A stretch of DNA of 63,876 bases, filler included, from Rhabdomonas costata (taxonomy: Eukaryota): assembly GCA_019059605.1 (NCBI GenBank). It is 42 parts of 42 records of this genome, joined end to end, with 100 filler letters (N's around TTAATTAATTAA, not from the genome) between each part and the next. Parts side by side here need not be neighbours in the genome. Positions count along the whole stretch, not along the records: positions 1 to 1,422 come from JAHMHO010016361.1; positions 1,523 to 2,945 come from JAHMHO010016362.1; positions 3,046 to 4,468 come from JAHMHO010016363.1; positions 4,569 to 5,992 come from JAHMHO010016364.1; positions 6,093 to 7,515 come from JAHMHO010016365.1; positions 7,616 to 9,041 come from JAHMHO010016366.1; 36 more parts are not named here. One strand, 5' to 3'. The notes under the pieces were generated by a model that did no database searches, was not told the origin of the DNA, and saw nothing but the letters and a program-made list of their open reading frames with translations. Positions 1-8,702 of the stretch are shown here, piece by piece. The position numbers and the translations under genes were made by a program. How positions within the stretch are numbered: position 1 is the stretch's first letter; each line of letters opens with the position of its first letter.

Positions 1-1244
1 GGTGGTGGGTCATGAAAGAAGCTATAAGTGATCAGTTTCATCGTGAGTTTCATCGTCAGTTTCATCGTACACGAAATTGCCACCACATATAATCATTCAG
101 TAGTGACACTGTCACACGGTCCGGGCGGCGGGTGCACGAAACCAGTCTCAAAGGACAGCATCACAATGGCTACGGCGGAGCAATGCGGAGCCAGGGGATT
201 CAGTGATGGGTCCAGCCTGTGAATTGCGGTGCAAAGATTCAAAGATTCAAGTCATGGTGTCATGTTGCCGAAGAATTTTGCTTTCCCCCTTCATTGCTCT
301 TCAGCGCTTTTTGTTTATTGCCTCTGTGACCACGTTCCCTTGTCCGCCTCAATTCTTCTCGGGTCCCTGCACCCCATATCGATGTGTTTTCTTCCTGACG
401 CTGCTGCTCGATGCCGTTGCGCTGCGGTGTGGGCACGGCTCATGCCTCTTCAAAATTGGTCACAATGTGAGCGTAGTGCTTTTCAACTGATGTCTCAGTG
501 ACTCTGAGAAGGCTCTTAGGTCACTCTGAGGATGGGATTGATTAAGACAAGGAGAGGCAGCAAGGTGTTATTTGCGAAGCCTGCGTCCCCTGCTCACGCA
601 GGGTAAAATCCGCAATCTTCTTCTGGAGCGATTGTTCCTGCCCCACGGCTGTATCGCTATCCGGGCGAAGGACTGCCACCATTCCTTTGGGGTGCTCCCT
701 TCCCCTCCTCAATGGCATCACAATTCGGTCCGGATGTGGCAGACCCCGAACCCCATGTACTTCCATCCTGGCGCGGCTGACGGTTCCTTTCTCTGCCTGC
801 TCAGGGGCCCGCACTGGGCGGCTTTCCAGCTGGTGTGCCACCTCAGGCTGTAGACCTGGGGGAGACGCTCCTCGCGCTGCGTTTGGTTAGAGGCTGCGTC
901 TGCTATGGCTATTTACCCACTCGATAGGTCATTACGGAGTTTGCTAGCACTTGGGTGCTGTCCGAAAGTTGCTTATTTGCGGGACGAGCGGGCCGTTCGG
1001 ATGGATCTGTTAAAGTCACAGAAAACTGTAGTGGTACCCCAATGGACACCGAATGGATAAACGCGAGAAACGTGAGAACAGTACAGGCAAGGTATTCTGA
1101 CAAAATGACGCCGGCACCACCACCAGCACCAGCCTGCACCAACATCTTCAGTAGTACGCGTCCTGTGCCCCATCGCAACAGCACCAGAAGGAATTAAGCG
1201 GCAAAAGGCAGCGCCCGTGTCCAACAGGTCCAGTTCAAACGCCC

Positions 1245-1328
1245 TCAGCCGGGGGGCTTTGGAGGTTCTGCAGGCATCTCCGACATCTTCCGGTGAAGCT
1301 CTTCTCGCAAGTGTCGGGTGAACTCATC
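1245..1328 (-). CDS. Probable terminal coding exon, unknown protein
   Basis: Polypyrimidine tract plus AG, then DEFTRHLREELHRKMSEMPAEPPKPPG-stop. Confidence 0.45.
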   Translation of the reverse strand, partial: DEFTRHLREELHRKMSEMPAEPPKPPG

Positions 1329-1422
1329 CTAAAAGAGAAAACAAACAAAACATCGTCGTCTTTTACTGAATAGAAACCACCGAGAAACTGTGGCTAATGG
1401 AAAAACAAGTAAATTTTCACCA

Positions 1423-1522
1423 NNNNNNNNNNNNNNNNNNNNNNNNNNNNNNNNNNNNNNNNNNNNTTAATTAATTAANNNNNNNNNNNNNNNNNNNNNN
1501 NNNNNNNNNNNNNNNNNNNNNN
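1423..1522. other. Artificial contig linker N44-TTAATTAATTAA-N44 (first of 41)
   Basis: Identical 100-nt spacer recurs every ~1523 nt and has stops in all six frames. Neighbouring contigs are unrelated. Confidence 0.98.
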
Positions 1523-1534
1523 TGTGTTGGGTGA

Positions 1535-1780
1535 CCTGACAGGCTGTTGGTGACCGCTGTGGACTGCAGGGAGCATGCGCTGTAGGCCAGACGGGTGCTC
1601 GAGAGAGCGAGAGAGAGAGAGAGATCTTTTGGAGCGAACGACCTTGCGGGGTACCGGCTCACCCCCGAGCTTGCCACATGCGGTTGCCCCTCTTCTACTT
1701 CACGGGTCCCGGGTCTTTGTCACAGTCTTTGCCATCTTTTTCCTGCGGCTACCCGCACTGTCCTCTTGCTGCTCAGGTCC
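1535..1780 (+). repeat. Dispersed repeat family A, copy 1 (diverged)
   Basis: Shares GTTGGTGACC..TGTGGACTG, TTGGAGCGAACG, CCGGCTCACC, GGTCTTTGTC and TTGCTGCTCAGGTC with copies at 4569, 26717 and 47870. Confidence 0.75.
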
Positions 1781-3674
1781 CGATGTCTTTCTACTGTGGT
1801 TGGCTGGAGCGACGTCTTGTTGGAAAGCACCTTTGTGTGCTTGCGATTCCTCAGAGCATGGCCTGGCTGATCCACCAAATCCAGAGCTGTCATCTGGTGT
1901 GTGAGCTTCCACTTCAGTGCTGTGCCAGGGGCAGGCTGTGCCGCAAACGCTCGTTGACATACAAAGGCCACTGTGTGTGTGAGCAGGCTCCGACGCTGGA
2001 ACAGCAGGCTTGCTGCACTCGCCCGCCGGGGGACAGTGTTTGTATGGAATGGGGCCAGTGGGTTGCGGCGCATTCTTGGTCTTGGGGATCAGACCGCAGT
2101 GCAGCGATTCTGGTGCTTTCGAATGGTTTCTCCCCACTAAATGGGTTGACTCGGATAGCAAAAGCTCAGAAGAATATGCAGCTGGAGTACTACCTTGAGG
2201 TAATCAAAAAAATGAAGTTTGGAAAATGTACGCCCACGTTTTCTATTCGTAGAATTGCAGAAAAATCTACCGGCAATATGACGCTCCATAAGTGGGGGAA
2301 CTTCGGGAAAATCGTATCCGATTGTGTGGGAATCATGCCGACACGCCGACCTAACGTGCAACCGCGTAGCGTCTATTTCTGCGGTGCAAGCTGCAGGGAA
2401 ATATTGGAAAACTGACACTGAGCCAGAAGATTTTGATCTCATGTGTGGCGTTTGCAGGAACACAGACATACAGAGAAAGAGAGAGAGATGTGAGAGAGAT
2501 AGACCATTACCTGTGCAGCAGGTGGCAGTGGTGGCACAGGTGGGGCTGGAACAGCGCGTGTAAGTCACCGGGAGGGTCCCCAGACTGGTGCAGTTCGTCG
2601 CGGGGAAGTTACAGCACAGCTGAGCTGCACAAGAAAGGTTGACAGCATCAAAAATAAACGCTGACAGTTGAGGTTGACGATTAGGCTGTCGACCTGCCCA
2701 ACACGCAGTTTCCAGGGAAGTGCAACACGAATCTGCGGGTTCAAGACTTGTTGGGCTGGAGCTCACTGCGAGTATACGCTTGTGGCCCGCACGCACCAGT
2801 AGACCAATATCGTCAGCTTCGCTTGAGCCACATGCAAACAATAACGCTGCAAAGACCACTACAGGGGTGGAGCCATACTGCTATTGAATGTTACCCCAGA
2901 TCAGCAACATAAGCAGGTCCCCATTTGTCGTCCACACCAACCACCNNNNNNNNNNNNNNNNNNNNNNNNNNNNNNNNNNNNNNNNNNNNTTAATTAATTA
3001 ANNNNNNNNNNNNNNNNNNNNNNNNNNNNNNNNNNNNNNNNNNNNGGTTGTTGGTGCCACACACAGACCTGAGGCGCGAGTGGAAGACAACCTCGCGCAT
3101 CACAATACAAGCAGACGACCCAGCTAAACAACTGTCCCTGCCCGCAGGGTGCTGACGAGCTTGCTTTGGCAGGCTAAGAAACCACAGGATTGTACAATTC
3201 AACCTGCCTTTCGACATTACGGTGGTTTAGGCTTCACGCACCACATTGGCGGGAGGGAATAGATTGCACGGCGTCAACAGGGAGTTTGGGGATTTGAACC
3301 CAGGACCAAACTATTGGGAGAAACCCGAACTGCAGCACCCTTTCGTGAAATCCAAAGCACAAAAGCAAACAGGCCGCGGTATCCCGCCAATCCCGCTAAT
3401 CCAATACTCCCCTCTCATTTCCAAAAAGGGCAACACAGGCGCCTCCGTTACTGCAAAAGCGAATCAAAAAATTCCGACGCTGAAGTCCCCTCATGACGAG
3501 ACCGGAGGAGAACCTGCCCGTGGCTTTGCAGGTCGGTCGTCGATTCGGTTGACTTATTTCTGGACTGTCTTTGTTGAGCAGCATGTAAAATGTGGAGGCG
3601 AACAAGGAAGCATAAAAACCAACGGGGTGCTGCAGCTACTCGTGCTGTGAGGGAAAGACGCACAAAGCACATGC

Positions 3675-4364
3675 CAGCATGTCTCCGAAGTACTGGTGCA
3701 CCAGCCCCTTCTCCGCGGACACGCACTCGTACACCGTGTTGAAGAAGCCCGAGAGCCTGGGCTCCAGCGAGCAGTCCTCCGCCACTAACGCCCCCAACAG
3801 AACCACTACAGGTGCTGCTTTTTGGAATCGTCATTTCGGATCAGTGCGTTTTTAATGGTCCCGTTCCACATGATGAGGGATTGGTTCTTGCGAAGCAAAT
3901 TTCCAATTTCGAAGGCCAAGACATGTTCAGAGAATCCTGGAAACATGGATAGTAATAGCCTCCTCCCACCACTTCGCTGCGCTGTTGTCGCTCGCCTCGC
4001 TCAGTTCGCTCCGCTCCACCACACCAAATCTCCTTTCCACAACCAATGTAAAGTTACCCCAGGCACCATTTGATGGGCAAAAAAAGGCACCACCAACACC
4101 ACACCTCCAGATCGCATCGAGCGGGCTCGGATCACCCCCACCGTGGCCTGCTTGGAGTGCAACGTGAGGCTTCCCCTACAGGCCTCCCCACTCCCCACAA
4201 GCCCAGAGACCGCGCTGGGGACCGACGATGACGTGGGCTTGCGAGATACCGCCTTGGTGGTCCGGGCCTCACCACTGGAGCCCTGGGCGAGGGGGCGCCC
4301 TTCACTGTCCAACGAGGTCACCGAAAAGGAGGAATCCAGGGACTTCGCCATGGACCCCCGCAAT
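3675..4364 (-). CDS. Class III nucleotidyl (adenylate) cyclase, two exons, N-terminal half of catalytic domain
   Basis: Exons 4364-4105 and 3805-~3675 joined by a phase-1 GT-AG intron give KQATVGVIRARSMRSGVVLL...LSGFFNTVYECVSAEKGLVHQYFGDML, matching the cyclase pattern T-V-x-F-x-D...GG-x-V-x-K-F-x-GD. Confidence 0.7.
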
Positions 4365-4568
4365 CTAGCGGTTCGCGGGGTTATAGCAGCAGGGTCGGAC
4401 AGAGTTTATCTCAGTACACGTCTCCCCCAAGTTCAAATGACAGAAGCAAAAAGAAGCTCTCACCCAAANNNNNNNNNNNNNNNNNNNNNNNNNNNNNNNN
4501 NNNNNNNNNNNNTTAATTAATTAANNNNNNNNNNNNNNNNNNNNNNNNNNNNNNNNNNNNNNNNNNNN

Positions 4569-4740
4569 CTGGCTGTTGCCTGGTTGACTGGTTGACCGGT
4601 TGGTGGTGACCACTGGGGACTGACTGGCGCACGCGCTGTTGGCCACGGGTGCTCGCGAGAGGTGCCGTTGGAGCGAACGGTGCCGTGGGGAACCGGAACG
4701 GCTCACCACCGAACGTTCCACATCTGGTAACCTCCCTTCA
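4569..4740 (+). repeat. Dispersed repeat family A, copy 2
   Basis: Closely matches the reverse complement of 47885-48060. Confidence 0.85.
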
Positions 4741-4970
4741 GTGTGTGTGTGTGTGTGTGTGTTGTGTGTGTGTGTGTGTGGTGAGGGGTCATCTACCCAT
4801 AATCTTGCAAGCGTGGGACTAATCAAGAAGTCAACAGCAGTTGCTCAATTACTAAATAATTTGACGGAAATATATGCATCAATGCATCGAAACCCACAAA
4901 CACACACATCTTTTTTCATGCCAGCTCTTCAGCCAGGGGGTGGGGTGACCAACCCAACAATACACAGCAC

Positions 4971-5102
4971 CTCATCCCCGTCACAGTTCTCGAAGATCTT
5001 CTCCACACTGGACCGCTCACTGCTGGGGATGTCAAAGGCAGCGCATAGCATCGCCAGGTACTGCTGTCGCCGCTCCGAATCACCCGCAGCGCTGCCAGCC
5101 AT
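4971..5102 (-). CDS. Probable first coding exon; CUE/UBA-like helical domain start
   Basis: ATG at 5102, MAGSAAGDSERRQQYLAMLCAAFDIPSSERSSVEKIFENCDGDE, GT donor at 4970. Confidence 0.45.
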
Positions 5103-6383
5103 TTCTCCCTAACCTCACCTCACTTCACGTTCTTTCACTCCTTCCTCGCCCTTAATCCGCGGGCAGTCAGTGCACCACGACAACAGGAGGAGCAATGCAA
5201 TGAAATGAGCAGATGAAGGCGAAGATGAAGGTAATCACCCTTCACGCAATTACAAATTCATGGCCACCAGCGGTACGACATACGCAGCAAACCGCGGACA
5301 ATGACACTCACAACACAAAGATGAACGAAAAGCAAAACGTTCTACCGAAACGACAAAAAAGTCCACGGAAAGCAAGCACGAAGAGAGATTACAGGACGGT
5401 GCAAAACAAGAAGGGGCCACTTAAAAAGTCAGCAAAACGCAATGAGCTTATCTCAGGCTTTCAAAACGGCAGAGGTTGCATCCAATCCTTCCGCCGAAAG
5501 TAGAACCTCCTCCTGCAACCAAGAGTTAGTTGTCTGCGACCGCCTGATTTTGTCCTCACTAACGGATTTCAAAGGTAAAAAAAACACTTCAGAAAAATCG
5601 CTCCCCCTTTGGGCCTTTCCTGCCACCGGGCGATGCACTGGAAATAAAACTAAGCACACCACCACATTAGATGGGGAAACTCGCAGTAGATCTGGCACAA
5701 CAAACGATGTCCGACAAAGAAAGCGGCCTGAACCTCTTAGCCACAGGTGGCAAGAAAATAAGAGCAGTTCTGTACACAACCCTCAAAACCACAGAAGTGC
5801 AACCAACGAGCAAAGCTTCGACTGAAACGAAACCGATCTGTGCAGAAGAGGCTGTTGCTAAGAGCCCTTTCAAATGCCATTGGGTGAGATAGAGAGACAA
5901 AGAGGTCAGGACACCGCCCCGAGCAGGGCCTCACTGCGGCGCATGCTGGCTTCGCGGCGGGCCTGGTAGCCCCGAACCAGCTCCTGGATCCTNNNNNNNN
6001 NNNNNNNNNNNNNNNNNNNNNNNNNNNNNNNNNNNNTTAATTAATTAANNNNNNNNNNNNNNNNNNNNNNNNNNNNNNNNNNNNNNNNNNNNGGGGGTTG
6101 GTATGTTGTAACTGCGTGTGTATGTGAGGGGGGGGGGTCTCAAAACACACTAACATTGGTTCTCGAAAGATTTGGGAACGAAAACGATTCGTCCCTTGCG
6201 ATCCGCTACAAGTAGACACCAATTACTGAACTCGCTCCTCCGACTTGAAGTTATCTTTTAAGTAGTTTTGGACATTGCGCTAGACCTGCCAAAACAGTTA
6301 CGGGGTTTGCATACTGCCGGATTCAGTTTTCTTAGCATCATCTTCATCTGTCAGCCATACACATCTAGCGACCAAGTAGAGCT

Positions 6384-6640
6384 CTAAGCCGAAGCAGGCC
6401 TGAGGATTTTGTATGTACAACAGGCCTCAAAAAGCTGCGTGGCCGGTCATTGGGGTCAGATTTTTCTGACCTTTCACCCTCGGTCGGTTGTGGTGCCCTT
6501 GGGCGGCTCTCTGGTATCCCTTTTGTGCAGCTTCTTGCCCCACGCAGCGAAGGGTTTACGTCAGCACCCACAACGTATTTACATAAAACAAACCAACTCC
6601 GAACGGGGCCAGGCACCAGACACCTAGCGACTTCTGCCCC
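6384..6640 (+). repeat. Dispersed repeat family B, copy 1
   Basis: Colinear similarity to 57130-57350 (CTTCTTGCCCCACG, GTTTACG, CCCACAACGTATT). CTAAGCCGAAGCAGGCCTG is also at 51851. Confidence 0.75.
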
Positions 6641-7617
6641 AGAACAACTCAATGTACGAAAACCTACCAGCGAAGACCCGTTCCGCCGACGAAAAGGTTT
6701 CCATGGTGAAGATGCGGAGAGTGGAGAGCTGGTGCAGCAGCGCTGCACGAGCTGGCTACTGCGCTGTCGTGCGCAGCGCCTGACTTTCTTTGGAGTGGGG
6801 ACGGGACCACCCAAGGAGCGGAAGCCAGGTGTTTCAGAGCATTCAGACTCTTCCGGGAAGGAGGAGGAGGAGGAACTGATGTACCCGAAGCGGCCAATCC
6901 AATCCTATCACAGCAAAGAAAGGAAGAGAGGTTGAGGCAGAGAGCCTGTTTGAGAGGTTGCGGCATCACCACCCTGAATCTAAACCTGACAAAGCATACC
7001 TGTCATAATGTGTCATCGCAACCCACCGCAGTCAGAAGATGTGTCCTAATGTGTTCAAACTACTCGAAACATTAATATATTGCCTTTCCCTGATATATTC
7101 ATGAATGCCATGGGTATTCTTAACAACCACTGCAAACTGTTTTAACCCCCCCCCCCCTCTCTGAAATATGATTATCACGGCACGCAAAGTGGTGGTTGGG
7201 GCGGAGCACCTCAACTTCGGACCCTCTCCAACGACTTTCAGGCGTCAACACCGACAGAGGACGTGAACAGGAACTGGAGCACTGGGACGGCCCAGCCATA
7301 CCCCACACAGATGGTGACTTTCAGAACAGAATGAAAGAGAGAAACATAAAAAGTTTGGGGCAGTACCAAAGACAACCGAGCGGCTGCGCCGCGACCACAA
7401 CAGAAAAACAAATGAGCGGCGATGCAACAGGGTTACAGCAATGGGATGAAAGTCACAAGTCGGGGAAGGGTTAACCCCAGAGTATGCAGACAGCCTTGGA
7501 ACATCACATAAAAAANNNNNNNNNNNNNNNNNNNNNNNNNNNNNNNNNNNNNNNNNNNNTTAATTAATTAANNNNNNNNNNNNNNNNNNNNNNNNNNNNN
7601 NNNNNNNNNNNNNNNAA

Positions 7618-7953
7618 GTTGCTTCGGTTGTGGGTCATCAATGGTAGTGGGAGTTGAACGGTGTGGATTCTCGGTTGGTGGGTAGTGGTGCGTTGGAGTT
7701 GGGTATGGTGCGTATGGTGCTTGTGGATCAGCCTTTGTTTGTAGCGTGTGGTTCCTCGGTGTGTCTAGCGGTATCTAGTGTGGATGTCATTCATTGCTAT
7801 TCGGTTCCGGCTCTTGGTGTGAAGGTTGATGCCATTCCTGGCAGGGTTTTGTGGGTATGTGTTGGTGCTTTGTGTCCTGGTTAGTATTCCGGTTAGTGCG
7901 CTGAGCTTTGTGGGTCGGGTCATGGTTTTATGCCTTGTGGTGTCACTGCGTAT
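7618..7953 (+). CDS. cox2: Cytochrome c oxidase subunit 2, C-terminal cupredoxin domain (mitochondrial type, 5'-truncated by contig edge), with three in-frame TAG codons
   Basis: One frame without indels: VVGHQW*WELNGVDSRL...VDQPL...SSVDVIHCYSVPALGVKVDAIPGR...PG*YSG*CAELCGSGHGFMPCGV. CuA ligand codons His 7792, Cys 7897, Glu 7903, Cys 7909, His 7921 and Met 7930 are intact. TAG at 7645, 7882 and 7894. The 3' end is inferred from homology. Confidence 0.92.
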
Positions 7954-8057
7954 TCCGATGTTGCGTCCGCTTTCAGGGTTTCATGCCTTCCGATCACTCC
8001 TTCCTATCCGGGTTTGCACTCCCAAGTTAGTATCCAGGCCTTCAGGTATCGTGTGTC

Positions 8058-8702
8058 AACCATGCTCTCTGCTTCTAGCGTAGTTGTGTGCATCCTGTCG
8101 CTTTGTGCCTATTGCGCTTCCTTTACGTACCTGTCGATGCAACCATGCTCCCTGTCAACCAAGCCTCAACCATGCTCTCTGGTTCTATTCGTAGTGTGTG
8201 CCTGGGGTTCCTGACGCGCGTGTATTATATTATATTATGTATGCATGTATGTGTAGTGTAGTGTAGTGTAGTGTAGTGTAGCGTAGTGTGTAGCGTAGGG
8301 TCTGTGTTAGGGTTCCTGTTGGTGCGATGCGTTAGTCTCAACCATGCTCACTGTTAACCATGCTCACTGTTGTTGTGTCGGAGGGTGTGTTGGTGCGATG
8401 CGTTACTGGTAGCGTTGGTGGTGTTGGCGTTGGTTGTGTCAGTGGGTCCATGGTGTGATGTCGAGGCGTTGTTGGTGCGTGCTAGGTCTGTGTGCTGTGC
8501 TTGTTGTGGGCTTCTGTAACCATGCTCTCTCTCAACCATGCTCTCCGTTTCGTCTCAAGGTCTCTGGGTCTGTCGTGCTTCCTGTTGTGTCCTCGTGTCC
8601 TGTGCTTCGTTAGTGCTTTGCGTTACAACCATGCTCCCAGCTACCATGCTCACCCCAACCATGCTCTCAACAACCATGCTCTCATGCTTCGTAACCATGC
8701 TC
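8058..8702 (+). repeat. Cluster of 11 same-strand AACCATGCTC decamers downstream of cox2
   Basis: Exact copies start at 8058, 8141, 8168, 8340, 8356, 8518, 8534, 8627, 8657, 8672 and 8693. Variants at 8157 and 8642. Confidence 0.92.
8252..8298 (+). repeat. (GTAGT)n microsatellite
   Basis: Tandem GTAGT units with GTAGC variants. Confidence 0.85.

Noticed and set aside
1467-1478. Regularly spaced TTAATTAATTAA as a biological repeat or CRISPR-like array
   Set aside because: Always embedded in N runs at fixed geometry; it is an assembly concatenation linker.
3280-3345. tRNA-like B box (GGTTCAAATCC) on the minus strand
   Set aside because: Spacing is too short, and there is no acceptor or anticodon stem; at most a degenerate SINE head.
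3806-4153. Euglenid-type non-conventional intron in the cyclase gene
   Set aside because: A conventional phase-1 GT-AG intron (4104-3806) explains the frame, and end pairing is weak.
8058-8702. AACCATGCTC cluster as a CRISPR array
   Set aside because: The repeat is only 10 nt, spacing is very irregular, there are no cas genes and the context is organellar.
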